A stretch of DNA of 64,000 nucleotides from an uncultured Nitrososphaerota archaeon. GTDB taxonomy: Archaea > Thermoproteota > Nitrososphaeria > Nitrososphaerales > Gagatemarchaeaceae. The notes beneath the pieces are model-generated. The model was not told the origin of the DNA. It saw only the letters and a program-made list of their open reading frames with translations, and did not search any database. Positions 18,623-28,522 of the stretch are shown piece by piece. Both the position numbers and the translations under genes were made by a program. Location: contig CAWISW010000001.1 of assembly GCA_963838925.1 (NCBI GenBank), positions 32,001 to 96,000 on the forward strand, read 5' to 3'. Numbering within the stretch: the first letter of the stretch is position 1; each line of letters opens with the position of its first letter.

Positions 18623-18934
18623 ATGAAAAAGTTCGGCGCGTCCTTGTCAAAGGAACTCCGCGAGAAGCACCAGCTCAAGGCCGTCAGGCCAGTCAAGGGG
18701 GACGGAGTGAGGATAGTCAGAGGCGGCTTCAAGGGGATCGAGGGCAAGATCACTGGGCTCGACACGAAAATCGGGAAGCTGTACATCGAGGGGGTCACCC
18801 GCGAGAAGATCGCGGGAGGCAAGACGAGCCCCGTCCAGATTGACTCTTCGAAGGTCATCATCACCAGCCTGAACCTAGACGACAAGGTCAGGAGGCAGCA
18901 CATCGAGAGGCGGAGCAAGGGGGAGGCGAGCTAG
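18623..18934 (+). CDS. rpl24: 50S ribosomal protein L24 (short N-terminus)
   Basis: LSKELREK, KGDGVRIVRGGFKG KOW motif. Confidence 0.9.
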   Translation: MKKFGASLSKELREKHQLKAVRPVKGDGVRIVRGGFKGIEGKITGLDTKIGKLYIEGVTREKIAGGKTSPVQIDSSKVIITSLNLDDKVRRQHIERRSKGEAS

Positions 18935-18937
18935 GCG

Positions 18938-19663
18938 ATGGGCAAGAAGAGCGGAAGAGGCAAGATGAAGCGCATCTCTGCGCCTCGCAGCTGGGACATC
19001 GCCCGCAAGGAAGCCCGCTTCATCACCAAGCCCAGCCCCGGAGGCCACGCCGTCGACAAGAGCTACTCCCTGGCGGTCGTGCTGCGCGACCTCCTCGGCG
19101 TGGTCGCGACCCAAAAGGAGGTAATGCAGGTCCTGACCCGGAGAGAGGTGCTGGTTGACGGGGTCCCAAGGCAGGACCCTGGCTTCCCTGTCGGCCTCTT
19201 CGACGTGGTGAGCATCCCCAAGGAAGGCAAGTCGTTCAGGCTAGTTCCGTCCCCAGACGGCCTCGTCACGAGGGACATAGTCTCGACGGAGGCGGGAGTG
19301 AAGCTCTGCCGCGTAAAGTCCAAGGTCAAGATAGGCGGAGGGCACATCCAGTTCGGGTTCCATGACGGCCGCTCGCTGCTCGACGACAAGCTGTCCATCT
19401 CGTTAGGGGACTCCGTCGTCATGAGGGTCCCGACGCAGGCCATCGTGGACAGCGTCAAGCTCGCGAAGGGCGCGACAGGCCTGGTGGTCTCTGGCGAGAG
19501 GGCCGGGCAGGTAGGCAGGATAATCAGCGTAAAGAAGGGCACTAGCTCCCGCGAGAAGATGATTTCGGTCTCGCTCCCCACCGGGGAGACCGAGCTCCCG
19601 GAGAGGATGATCTTCGCAGTCGGGAACGAGAAGCCAGCCATGGAGGTCCAGGCCGCAAGTTGA
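18938..19663 (+). CDS. rps4e: 30S ribosomal protein S4e
   Basis: KRISAPRSW, PSPGGH, FPVGLFDV, HDGR. Confidence 0.95.
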   Translation: MGKKSGRGKMKRISAPRSWDIARKEARFITKPSPGGHAVDKSYSLAVVLRDLLGVVATQKEVMQVLTRREVLVDGVPRQDPGFPVGLFDVVSIPKEGKSFRLVPSPDGLVTRDIVSTEAGVKLCRVKSKVKIGGGHIQFGFHDGRSLLDDKLSISLGDSVVMRVPTQAIVDSVKLAKGATGLVVSGERAGQVGRIISVKKGTSSREKMISVSLPTGETELPERMIFAVGNEKPAMEVQAAS

Positions 19664-20199
19664 TGGCCAAGGCAGAGGTAAAGCAGGACGCCGGCGACAT
19701 GCGCAAGATCTCGATCGGGAAGGTCGTGATAAACATCGGAGTCGGCAAGTCGGGCGAGGCGGTCGAGCGGGCGAGGAAGGTCCTCGAGCAGATAACCGCG
19801 CAAAAGCCGGCCACCCGAAAGGCGAGGAAGTCGATACGCGACTTTGGGACCCATCAGGGAGAGCCCATCGGCCTCATCGTCACCACCAGGGGGCAGGAGA
19901 GGTGCAAGGAGCTCATAACGAGGCTTCTCGTCGCGAGGGAAAAGAAGCTCAACGGCTCCTCCTTCGACGACAGGGGCAGCGTCTCCTTCGGACTGAAGGA
20001 GCACATCGAGATTCCGGGGATCCGGTATGACCCCGAGATAGGCATCTGGGGGATGAACGTCTCCATACTCCTGCACAGGCCGGGCTTCAGGGTGTCGAGG
20101 AGGCACCTCAAGGCCGCCTCGATCGGGAAGAGCCACGTCGTCACGAGGGACGAAGCGATAGAGTACTTCAAGCGCGAATTCGAGGTAATCGTAGAGTGA
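19663..20199 (+). CDS. rpl5: 50S ribosomal protein L5
   Basis: [26 protein letters not shown]; start 19663 (ATG) or 19660 (TTG). Confidence 0.95.
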   Translation: MAKAEVKQDAGDMRKISIGKVVINIGVGKSGEAVERARKVLEQITAQKPATRKARKSIRDFGTHQGEPIGLIVTTRGQERCKELITRLLVAREKKLNGSSFDDRGSVSFGLKEHIEIPGIRYDPEIGIWGMNVSILLHRPGFRVSRRHLKAASIGKSHVVTRDEAIEYFKREFEVIVE

Positions 20200-20357
20200 A
20201 GGAGAGACACCCTAAGGTCAGGAAGTACGGCAAGTCCACCAGATACTGCCGAAGGTGCGGGCAGTACGGAGCGGTGATCCGGAGCTACGACCTGTTCCTC
20301 TGCAGGCAGTGTTTTAGAGAGGTCGCTGAGAAGCTCGGCTTCAGGAAGTACGACTGA
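20196..20357 (+). CDS. rps14: 30S ribosomal protein S14 (53 aa, absent from ORF track)
   Basis: Manual translation [53 protein letters not shown]; GTGA overlap with rpl5. Confidence 0.95.
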   Translation: MKERHPKVRKYGKSTRYCRRCGQYGAVIRSYDLFLCRQCFREVAEKLGFRKYD

Positions 20358-20374
20358 GAGAGTGAAATGAGAAA

Positions 20375-20767
20375 ATGCCAGTAACCAACATCCTCGCGAA
20401 CCTATTCATCTCCCTCCAGAACTCCGAGATGAGGCACAAGAAGGAGTGCGTCGTCATCCCGGCGTCCAACCTCGCCAGCGAGGTCATGCGCGTGCTTCAG
20501 AAGAGGCGGTACATCGGCGAGTTCGAGTTCATCGACGACGGCGTCAGCGGCAAGCTGCGCGTCCAGCTCCTCGGAAGGATAAACAAGTGCGGCGCCGTCT
20601 CGCCCCGCTTCCCGATCAAGGCGAAGGAGTACCAGAAGTGGGAGTCGAGATACCTGCCCGCGGTGGGCGTTGGGATGCTCGTCGTCTCGACGTCAAAGGG
20701 AGTGCTGTCACACACGGAAGCCCAGGAGCAGAACCTGGGCGGGAGACTACTCGGGTATGTCTACTAG
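20375..20767 (+). CDS. rps8: 30S ribosomal protein S8
   Basis: YIGEFEFIDDG, GRINKCG, STSKG, GGRLLGYVY. Confidence 0.95.
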   Translation: MPVTNILANLFISLQNSEMRHKKECVVIPASNLASEVMRVLQKRRYIGEFEFIDDGVSGKLRVQLLGRINKCGAVSPRFPIKAKEYQKWESRYLPAVGVGMLVVSTSKGVLSHTEAQEQNLGGRLLGYVY

Positions 20768-21326
20768 CGTAGCGGCAAAGTCGGCCCAGAGGAAGGAGGG
20801 CGGGTCGCGGACCGTCGAGCTGCCCCAGGGGGTCACGGCGAGCGTGAAAGGCCGGGAGCTCTTCATGAAGGGCCCCAACGGGAGCGCGACCAAGGTCTTC
20901 CAGAGGATCCCCGTCGACGTCGAGGTCAAGGGCAACCAGGTCACGATCAAGCCCTTCACGGGCAAGAAGAAGGACGTCATCTCCGCCAACACGGTCTCCT
21001 CCATCGTCAGGGCGCTGGTGCACGGCGTCACGAAGGGCTACGAGTACAAGATGAAGGTGGTCTTCGCACACTTCCCGGTGACCGTGAAGATAAAGGACGA
21101 CACGGTCATGGTCGAGAACTTCATGGGCGAAAGGTCCCCCAGGCTCGCGAAGATACTCGCGGGCTGCAAGGTCACCACCGAGGGCGACGACATAATAATA
21201 AAGGGAGCCTCGCTCGAGCAGATAGGACAGACGGCCGCAAACGTAGAGCAGGCCACGAGGATAAAGAGGAAGGACCAGCGCATCTTCCTGGACGGGGTTT
21301 ACGTATACGAGAAGAAGAGGAATTGA
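20757..21326 (+). CDS. rpl6: 50S ribosomal protein L6
   Basis: AHFPVTV, NFMGE, KDQRIFLDGVY; ATG 20757. Confidence 0.95.
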   Translation: MSTSVAAKSAQRKEGGSRTVELPQGVTASVKGRELFMKGPNGSATKVFQRIPVDVEVKGNQVTIKPFTGKKKDVISANTVSSIVRALVHGVTKGYEYKMKVVFAHFPVTVKIKDDTVMVENFMGERSPRLAKILAGCKVTTEGDDIIIKGASLEQIGQTAANVEQATRIKRKDQRIFLDGVYVYEKKRN

Positions 21327-21334
21327 TGTAATCG

Positions 21335-21778
21335 ATGGCAACAGCAAAGCAGGGAACAAAGGCCAGTTCGGCGAAGAAAGAGCTCCTCGAGCTCCTCGAG
21401 CTAAGGAAGAGCGTAGCGGAGCATAGGCCGAAGTTCGTCCGCCCTGAGAGCTGGAGGTACGTCAGGCTCCACCCTGAGTGGAGGAAGCCGAAGGGCCTTG
21501 ACAACAAGGTCCGCAAGTCCATCAAGGGCTGGCCCAGGCGGGTAAAGGTGGGCTACCGCGGCCCGGTGAAGGCGCGTGGCTACCACCCTAGCGGGAGCGT
21601 CGACGTCCTCGTCCACACCGTGGCGCAGCTCGACGACCTCATCCCCGAGAGGGACGCCGTGAGGATAGGCCGCGTCGTGGGCGCGAGGAAGCGGGCAGAG
21701 ATACTCAAGAGGGCCACCGAGCTGGGGCTCCGAGTGCTGAATCCGACGAGGTTGAGGAACATTGAATCTGAGAAGTAA
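21335..21778 (+). CDS. rpl32e: 50S ribosomal protein L32e
   Basis: WRKPKGLDNKVR, GYRGP, HPSG. Confidence 0.95.
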   Translation: MATAKQGTKASSAKKELLELLELRKSVAEHRPKFVRPESWRYVRLHPEWRKPKGLDNKVRKSIKGWPRRVKVGYRGPVKARGYHPSGSVDVLVHTVAQLDDLIPERDAVRIGRVVGARKRAEILKRATELGLRVLNPTRLRNIESEK

Positions 21779-22196
21779 GAGACGCCTGGCGGCGGACGTC
21801 CTCGGAGTGGGCGAGGACCGCATCCGCTTCGACCCCGAAGCCGAGGACTTCATCCAGGACGCGATCACAAGGAGCACCATCCGGGGCCTCGTGGGCCTTG
21901 GCGCCATCAAGGTGGCGCCGGTCAAGGGCAACTCGAGGGGGCGCTTCCGGACCAAGCACAAGAAGGGCAAGATCAGGCACCAGGGCTCCCTCAAGGGCAA
22001 GAAGACCTCGCGCAACCCCAAGAAGCAGGCGTGGGTGCACAAGGTGAGGGCGCTCAGGTGGAGGCTCACCGTCGCCAGAGACAGGAACGAACTGACGAAG
22101 GAGAGCTACACGAAGCTCTACAGGCAGATAAAGGGAGGCCAGGTCAGGGACGTCAAGCGGCTCCTTGAGATGATCAAGGAGACGAGGGCAAAGTAG
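21762..22196 (+). CDS. rpl19e: 50S ribosomal protein L19e
   Basis: KRRLAADVLGVG, AITR, SRGR, WVHKVRALR. Confidence 0.95.
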   Translation: MNLRSKRRLAADVLGVGEDRIRFDPEAEDFIQDAITRSTIRGLVGLGAIKVAPVKGNSRGRFRTKHKKGKIRHQGSLKGKKTSRNPKKQAWVHKVRALRWRLTVARDRNELTKESYTKLYRQIKGGQVRDVKRLLEMIKETRAK

Positions 22197-22209
22197 GTAG
22201 CGATACAAG

Positions 22210-22803
22210 ATGACGAGCACAAAGCAAAGTTACGTCCCGGTTTACCGGCGAAGGCGGATGGGAGCGACCGACTACCGAGCGCGCAAGAAGATAATCACCG
22301 CCTCGGTCCCGCTGCTCGCGGTGAGGATCTCATCGAAGAACGTCTCAGCCCAGTTCATCCGGCCCAAGACTCAGGGCGACGAGGTTCTCTCCTCGGCGCA
22401 CTCTAGGAACCTGAAGAAGCTCGGGTGGAAGGGCTCCACGAAGTCCATCCCCGCCTGCTACCTCCTCGGGCTGCTCGCCGGGAAGAGGGCCAAGGAGCGC
22501 GGCGTGGAGAAGGCATACCTCTACACCGGCCTTTCGCAGTTCGTCAACGGCTCCCGCGTCTCCGCCCTGGTGAAGGGCGTCAAGGACGCAGGCGTCGACA
22601 TCCCGATGTCCGACGAGGTCGCACCCTCGGAGGACAGGCTCTCGGGCAAGGCGGCCGCGGACTACGCCAAGTCGCTCCTCGCCGAGGACAAGGTGAAGTA
22701 CGCTAAGCTCTTCTCTGGGCTCATAAAGGCCGGCTTCAAGCCGGAGGAGTGCCAGGAGAGCGCAAAGGCGCTGAAGGCGGCGATACTGAAGGGAGCAAAG
22801 TGA
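22210..22803 (+). CDS. rpl18: 50S ribosomal protein L18
   Basis: RRRRMGATDY, PACYLLGLLAG. Confidence 0.95.
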   Translation: MTSTKQSYVPVYRRRRMGATDYRARKKIITASVPLLAVRISSKNVSAQFIRPKTQGDEVLSSAHSRNLKKLGWKGSTKSIPACYLLGLLAGKRAKERGVEKAYLYTGLSQFVNGSRVSALVKGVKDAGVDIPMSDEVAPSEDRLSGKAAADYAKSLLAEDKVKYAKLFSGLIKAGFKPEECQESAKALKAAILKGAK

Positions 22804-22810
22804 GATAGAG

Positions 22811-23446
22811 ATGTCACAAGGTAGAGGTTATCGCAGGCGCGAGGAAGAGAAGCAGATCCCCTGGGTGCCGCGCACCAAGCTCGGCACCATGGTGGCCGAG
22901 GGGAAGATCACGACCCTCGAGGAGATCTTCCAGCAGGGATGGAAGATCCGCGAGCCCGAGATGGTGAAGAAGCTGGTCCCCGACCTCTCCTCGGAGGTCG
23001 TCTACGTCGGGATCGTCCAGAAGCAGACCGACGCGGGCGAGCTGACGCGCTTCGGCGCGGTGGTCGCGGTCGGGAACGGCAACGGCTGGTTCGGCGTGGG
23101 CAAGGGCAAGGCCGCGCAGATGAAGTCGGCCATCGACAAGGCGACCAACGACGCGCTTCTCAACATAATCCCGGTCAAGCTGGGCTGCGGGAGCTGGGAG
23201 TGCAAGTGCGGCACGTCCCACTCGGTGCCCTACAGGATCACGGGCAAGGCCGGGAGCGTCACTGTGGAGCTCCTCCCAGGGCCGCGCTCCCTCGGAAGGG
23301 TCGCGGGCCCCGCCCTCACCAACCTCCTGGCGCTGGCAGGCGTGAAGGACGTCTGGGTCAGGACGTTCGGCTCGACGAACACGCTCTCGTCCCTGGCGAA
23401 CGCGGTCTACGACGCGTTCTCAAAGTCGCACGGGCTGAACGTATAG
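22811..23446 (+). CDS. rps5: 30S ribosomal protein S5
   Basis: WVPRTKLG, VQKQTDAG, GCGSWEC. Confidence 0.95.
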   Translation: MSQGRGYRRREEEKQIPWVPRTKLGTMVAEGKITTLEEIFQQGWKIREPEMVKKLVPDLSSEVVYVGIVQKQTDAGELTRFGAVVAVGNGNGWFGVGKGKAAQMKSAIDKATNDALLNIIPVKLGCGSWECKCGTSHSVPYRITGKAGSVTVELLPGPRSLGRVAGPALTNLLALAGVKDVWVRTFGSTNTLSSLANAVYDAFSKSHGLNV

Positions 23447-23465
23447 GAGAAATGGTGAAGAGACA

Positions 23466-23936
23466 ATGGGCAAACTACTCGTCGTGAACCTCCACGGCCT
23501 GATCAACGTCCCCAGCGGGACGAGGGCCACCCTCATCCAGCTCGGGATAGGGAAGCGCTTCGCCGCCGCGGTGGTGGGCGACGACCCGGTCTCGAAGGGG
23601 TCAGTGCACCTCTGCAAGGACTACGTCGCGTGGGCTCCCCTCGACTCCGAGCTCCTCACGGCTCTCCTCCAGGCGAGGGGGCGTGTGAGCAACTCCAAGG
23701 TGCTCGACGAGGAACAGTTGAAAGCCATGGGTTTCAAGACCTACGCCGACTTGGCCCAGGCCATAATGAAGGGAGAGGTGACGGACAGGCTCTCCTCCAT
23801 CAAGGGCCTGAAGCCCTACTTCGGGCTGTCGCCGCCGAGGGGAGGGTTCAAGCGCTCCTCCCGGAGGCAGTTCCGCGAGGGAGGGATACTCGGCGAAAAC
23901 CCCAAGCTCGCCGACATCGTGAGGAGGATGATCTGA
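23466..23936 (+). CDS. rpl30: 50S ribosomal protein L30
   Basis: DYVAW, KPYFGLSPPRGGFK; position. Confidence 0.9.
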   Translation: MGKLLVVNLHGLINVPSGTRATLIQLGIGKRFAAAVVGDDPVSKGSVHLCKDYVAWAPLDSELLTALLQARGRVSNSKVLDEEQLKAMGFKTYADLAQAIMKGEVTDRLSSIKGLKPYFGLSPPRGGFKRSSRRQFREGGILGENPKLADIVRRMI

Positions 23937-23937
23937 C

Positions 23938-24354
23938 ATGCCGACCAGGATCCGCAAGGTCAGGAAGCAGCGCGGCTCCCGCACCCACGGCTACGGGCAG
24001 ATAGGCCAGCACAGGCACTCGGGCAAGCAGGGAGGCCACGGCAACGCGGGCCTCCACAAGCACAAGTGGTCCTGGCTGATACTCAACGACCCAGACCACT
24101 TCAGGCGCGACCCCTTCAGGCCGCCGAGCTACCACAAGGTCTCGAAGTGGGCCAACGTGGGAGACCTGGGCTCCTTCGCCGACGACGGCCAGAGCAAGGG
24201 AGGGCCGGTCTCGGTCGACCTCGAGGCCTTGGGCGTGGAGAAGCTCCTCGGGAGCGGGGACGTGACCAGAGCGTACAGCGTCAAGGTCTCTTCATATACC
24301 GAGAGGGCGAAGCAGAAGCTCGAGGAAGCAGGTGGCAAGATACTCACAGAGTGA
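23938..24354 (+). CDS. rpl15: 50S ribosomal protein L15
   Basis: RGSRTHGYG, GGHGNAG, KLLGSG, AGGK. Confidence 0.95.
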   Translation: MPTRIRKVRKQRGSRTHGYGQIGQHRHSGKQGGHGNAGLHKHKWSWLILNDPDHFRRDPFRPPSYHKVSKWANVGDLGSFADDGQSKGGPVSVDLEALGVEKLLGSGDVTRAYSVKVSSYTERAKQKLEEAGGKILTE

Positions 24355-24375
24355 GAGCGGAGTTCACAACTAGCC

Positions 24376-25794
24376 TTGGTCTCACTACGGAACTTTGTCA
24401 AGAGCGTCGCGACCGTCCTTCCAGAGATACCTAAGCCAGTCAAGAAGCCCAGCCTCACTGAGAAGTTCATCTGGACAGGCGGAGCCCTAGTCCTCTACAT
24501 GCTGATGGGGATCACCCCGCTCTTCCACTTCGGCAACGAGGCCGACCAGTTCGCCTTCCTCAGGATCATCTTCGCGTCCTCGCAAGGGACTCTCACCGAG
24601 CTGGGCATCGGCCCCATCGTCACGGCGGGCCTCATCCTCCAGCTCCTGCAGGGCAGCGACATACTCAAGCTTGACCTCGGCGACACCGAGGACAGGGCCC
24701 TCTTCGGGACCGCGACCAAGCTGCTCACATTCCTGGTCATCGCGATAGAGTCAGGAGCGTACATCCTCGGAGGCGCGCTCGGCACGCTCCAGACCACTCA
24801 GGCGATCGTGATCTTCTTCCAGCTCTTCGGAGCCAGCGTCATCATCCTCCTCCTCGACGAGCTCATCCAGAAGGGATGGGGCATCGGCAGCGGGATCTCA
24901 CTCTTCATCCTGGGAGGAGTCGCGCAGACGCTCTGGTGGGACACGTTCTCCCCCTACCCCGTCTCCCCGACCCAGGGGGCGCCCCCGGAGATCTACGGGT
25001 TCCTTCCCGCGCTGGTCAACTCCCTCTTCAGCGGAGGAGGAGGCGTCGCGACGGTCTTCATCAGGGGCAACCAGTTCCCCAGCGCCTTCACGTTCGTGAT
25101 GACCATCGCCGTCATCCTCTTCATCACGTACATCGAGGGGATCAGGGTGGAGGTGCCGATCACCTCGGTGAAGTACAGGGGCTTCCAGGGCGTGTACCCG
25201 ATCAAGCTCCTCTACGTCTCCAACATCCCGGTCATACTCGTCTCGGCTCTCACCGCGAACATCTCCTTCTTCACGCGCCTCCTCCACAACTACGTCGGGG
25301 CGACTTCGCCATCCTGGATGAAGTACCTCGTCACGTACGACACCAACTTCAACCCCACGGGCGGGCTCGTGTACTACATCACGCCGCCCAACGGGATACA
25401 GCAGACCGCGCAGGACCCCCTGCACGCCGTGATCTATTGCCTCTTCTTGATGACCTTGGCGGTGATGTTCGCAAGGGTATGGGTGGAAATAGGAGGGCTC
25501 TCTTCCCGGAGCGTAGCGAAGAACCTGATGAACGCCGACGTGCAGGTCCCCGGCTTCAGGAGGGCGGGCCTCTCCATCGAGCAGGTCCTGAACAGGTACA
25601 TCCCCCCGATCACGGTCATAGGCGGCCTCATCATCGGGTCTGTCGCCGCCGTCTCGGACGTCTTCGGCGTCTTCGGGACGGGCGTGGGCCTCCTTCTGGG
25701 AGTGGACATCGTCCTCCAGTACTACCAGATGCTGGTGAAGGAGCAGATAGAGGAGTTCTCCCCGAGACTCGCAGGAGTCTTGGGGCAGGCCTAG
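24376..25794 (+). CDS. secY: Protein translocase SecY
   Basis: ELGIGPIVTAG, GWGIGSGISLFI, YPIKLLYVSNIP, VPGFRR. Confidence 0.97.
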   Translation: MVSLRNFVKSVATVLPEIPKPVKKPSLTEKFIWTGGALVLYMLMGITPLFHFGNEADQFAFLRIIFASSQGTLTELGIGPIVTAGLILQLLQGSDILKLDLGDTEDRALFGTATKLLTFLVIAIESGAYILGGALGTLQTTQAIVIFFQLFGASVIILLLDELIQKGWGIGSGISLFILGGVAQTLWWDTFSPYPVSPTQGAPPEIYGFLPALVNSLFSGGGGVATVFIRGNQFPSAFTFVMTIAVILFITYIEGIRVEVPITSVKYRGFQGVYPIKLLYVSNIPVILVSALTANISFFTRLLHNYVGATSPSWMKYLVTYDTNFNPTGGLVYYITPPNGIQQTAQDPLHAVIYCLFLMTLAVMFARVWVEIGGLSSRSVAKNLMNADVQVPGFRRAGLSIEQVLNRYIPPITVIGGLIIGSVAAVSDVFGVFGTGVGLLLGVDIVLQYYQMLVKEQIEEFSPRLAGVLGQA

Positions 25795-25804
25795 CCTCGG
25801 GTGA

Positions 25805-26383
25805 ATGGTCATGGGTCTAAGAATCGTAATCGTAGGCGTCGCCGGCGTGGGGAAGAGCACCGTGGTGGAGAAGGCGAAGGAGGCCGTCCCCGGGTCCACC
25901 GTCCAGGTCTTCGGGACGGCCATGTTCGACGAGGCGCTCAGGCTGAAGTGGGTCAAGCACAGGGACGAGATGCGAAAGCTCCCGGTGGCCAAGCAGAAGA
26001 AGCTCCAGGAGGCCGCAGCGGCGAGGATCAGCCGGGGGAAGGGGAAGGTCGTATTCATCGACACCCACCTCTTCATCAGGACCCCCGAGGGGTTCTGGCC
26101 GGGGCTCCCCCTCCGCGTCATCGAGCCGATGAAGCCCACCCACCTCCTCCTGGTCGTCGCCTCACCCAAGGAGATACTCGCTCGCCGGAAGAACGACAAA
26201 ACTAGGTACAGGGACGAGATAACCGAGGCAGAGGTGAGCGAGGAGCTCGAGCTCGCCAGGGGCTTCCTCTCGGCGGCTTCGCTGGTCAGCGGGGCGCCGA
26301 TGGCGTTCGTCCGCAACGAGCAGGGCGGGGCCGACAGGGCGGCGCAGGAGATAGCTTCCATCGTGAGGGGTGCGAGAGTCTGA
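25805..26383 (+). CDS. adkA: Archaeal adenylate kinase
   Basis: GVAGVGKST, RDEMRKL, IDTH, PGLP. Confidence 0.92.
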   Translation: MVMGLRIVIVGVAGVGKSTVVEKAKEAVPGSTVQVFGTAMFDEALRLKWVKHRDEMRKLPVAKQKKLQEAAAARISRGKGKVVFIDTHLFIRTPEGFWPGLPLRVIEPMKPTHLLLVVASPKEILARRKNDKTRYRDEITEAEVSEELELARGFLSAASLVSGAPMAFVRNEQGGADRAAQEIASIVRGARV

Positions 26384-26847
26384 GCCTTGCAGTCCCAGAT
26401 TCGACACTGATCATCACGCTCACCGCAGTCGCCCTAGGGTTCATGTCGAACGTCGCGACGAGGCTCCTCGTCGACCTCAAGAAGGAGAGGCGCATCAAGG
26501 CCGAGGTAGCAGCGTTCGACAAGGAGCTCAAGCAGGCGACGGCGAACAAGGAGAGGGACAAGGAGGAGAAGCTCAAGAAGAAGAAGCCCCAGATGGACCA
26601 GATGAGGCTCAAGGCGTCGACGGGCCGGTTCAAGGTGGTCCTCGTGACCTGGCTCCCGTTCATCGCCGTCTACTACCTCATGGCGAACTTCGTGGGCGGC
26701 TTCTCGGAGGCCGTCGCCTACTCGCCGATACCCATCCCGTTCATCGTCGCGGCCAACGGCAGCATGGTGCTGATCTGGTGGTACTTCCTCTCGTCCCTGT
26801 CATTCTCGACGGTGTTGACAAGGCTCCTCGGGACCTCGCAGACCTAG
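26380..26847 (+). CDS. DUF106 / EMC3-TMCO1 (Oxa1 superfamily) membrane protein, probable CTG start
   Basis: TM-coiled coil-TM, WWYFLSS; first helix lies upstream of ATG 26443; CTGA overlap with adk stop. Confidence 0.85.
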   Translation: MSLAVPDSTLIITLTAVALGFMSNVATRLLVDLKKERRIKAEVAAFDKELKQATANKERDKEEKLKKKKPQMDQMRLKASTGRFKVVLVTWLPFIAVYYLMANFVGGFSEAVAYSPIPIPFIVAANGSMVLIWWYFLSSLSFSTVLTRLLGTSQT

Positions 26848-26861
26848 GCGGCGGGCTGCTC

Positions 26862-27473
26862 ATGAAGGCCATAATTCTCTGCGGGATGCCTGCGGTGGGC
26901 AAGACGACGGTAGCGAAGATGATCGCCTCTAAGCTGGGCCTAAAGCTGATCGGCGGAGGGGACGTCCTCAAGGAGATAGCGACAGAGGAGGGGTACAACG
27001 CGGTCGGCGACGACTGGTGGGACACCAAGGACGGGATGAAGTTCATGGCGGAGCGCGCGGGCTCCCCCGAATTCGACAGGGAGGTCGACAAGCGCCTACT
27101 GGCCAGGGCCAACAAGGGAGACGTCGTGATGACTAGCTACACCCTCCCCTGGCTCTCGAAGGCCGGCGTCAAGGTTTGGCTCTCCGGCACCAAGGGGAGC
27201 AGGGCCGAGCGGATGGCCAAGAGGGACTCCTCCTCCCCCGAGGAGTGCGCGAAGGTGATAGAGGAGAGGGACCGCGAGAACTTTGCGCTCTACAAGAAGC
27301 TCTACGGCATACGGTTCGGCAAGGACCTTTCCCCGTTCTCCATCGTGGTGGGCACCGACGGCGTCCCGGCCTCCGAGGTCGCGCGCTCGGTCCTCGAGCA
27401 GCTGCCGAACGCGGGTACGGCGCCGAAGAAGAGGACGACGCGGCGCAAGGCGAGCGTCAGAAAGTCGGCTTGA
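26862..27473 (+). CDS. cmk: Cytidylate kinase (archaeal type)
   Basis: GMPAVGKTT, FDREVD, YKKLYGI; position before cbf5. Confidence 0.88.
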   Translation: MKAIILCGMPAVGKTTVAKMIASKLGLKLIGGGDVLKEIATEEGYNAVGDDWWDTKDGMKFMAERAGSPEFDREVDKRLLARANKGDVVMTSYTLPWLSKAGVKVWLSGTKGSRAERMAKRDSSSPEECAKVIEERDRENFALYKKLYGIRFGKDLSPFSIVVGTDGVPASEVARSVLEQLPNAGTAPKKRTTRRKASVRKSA

Positions 27474-28522
27474 CTCCCGAGACAAGGGCCGCCCTCATCG
27501 GAGGGGCGGCCGAGGAGATGGTCGCGATAAGCGATGAGCCCACCGACCCCAGCCACGGGTGGGAGCCCTCGAAGCGCCCGGTGAAGGAGCTGATCAACTA
27601 CGGCCTCATACCGCTCGACAAGACCAGCGGCCCGACGAGCCACGAGGAGGTCTCGTGGGTCAGGCGGCTGCTGAGCGTCGACAAGGCTGGGCACAGCGGC
27701 ACGCTCGACCCGGGCGTCACAGGGATGCTCCCCATCGGCCTGGGAAGGGCTACGAAGGCCCTCGGGCTGCTGCTCCTATTCCCCAAGGAGTACGTCGGGA
27801 TAATGCGGATCCACTCGTCGGTCCCGCGGGCGGAGGTGGACAGGGTCCTCGCCGAGTTCACCGACGAGATCTACCAGCGCCCCCCTCAGCGGTCGTCGGT
27901 GAAGAGGGAGACGCGCACGAGGAGGATCTACGAGCTCGAAGTCCTCGAGCAGAAGGGCAACCTCTACCTCCTGAGGTGCGTCTGCCAGGCCGGCACCTAC
28001 ATCCGGAAGCTCTTCTACGACATCGGCGAGGTCGTCGCGGTCGGAGCCACGATGGTCGAGCTCCGCAGGACGAAGGTGGGGCCTCTCGACGAGAAGAAGG
28101 GGATAGTCACGCTGCACGAGCTCGACATCGCCGTCCAGAAGTGGAAGGACGCGGGCGACGAGACCGAGCTCCGGAGGGTAATCTGGCCGATAGAGTCGTG
28201 CCTCGAGGGCATACGCAAGGTCGTCGTGAAGGACTCGGCGGTCGACGCCGTCTGCCACGGAGCGATGCTCGCCATCCCCGGAGTCATCTCGCTCTCCAAG
28301 GGAATATCAAAGGGGGAGACCGTCGTCCTCCTCACCGCGAAGGGCGAGCTCATCGGGATCGCCGAGGCCTCGATGACCACGGAGGAGGTGCAGGGGCAGC
28401 CCAAGGGCATAGCCTTCCCCGTCAGGCGCGTGATAATGGACCAGGGTACCTACCCGAAGATGTGGAAGAAGGGTTCTACTGCATCTGATTCCGAAGATGC
28501 AACTTCGAAGCATCCACTCTGA
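27470..28522 (+). CDS. cbf5: H/ACA pseudouridine synthase Cbf5/TruB; C-terminal tail now supplied by the inserted element
   Basis: DKTSGPTSH, GHSGTLDP, QRPPQRSSVKR, GTYIRKL, PUA domain, YPKMW. Confidence 0.95.
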   Translation: MTPETRAALIGGAAEEMVAISDEPTDPSHGWEPSKRPVKELINYGLIPLDKTSGPTSHEEVSWVRRLLSVDKAGHSGTLDPGVTGMLPIGLGRATKALGLLLLFPKEYVGIMRIHSSVPRAEVDRVLAEFTDEIYQRPPQRSSVKRETRTRRIYELEVLEQKGNLYLLRCVCQAGTYIRKLFYDIGEVVAVGATMVELRRTKVGPLDEKKGIVTLHELDIAVQKWKDAGDETELRRVIWPIESCLEGIRKVVVKDSAVDAVCHGAMLAIPGVISLSKGISKGETVVLLTAKGELIGIAEASMTTEEVQGQPKGIAFPVRRVIMDQGTYPKMWKKGSTASDSEDATSKHPL

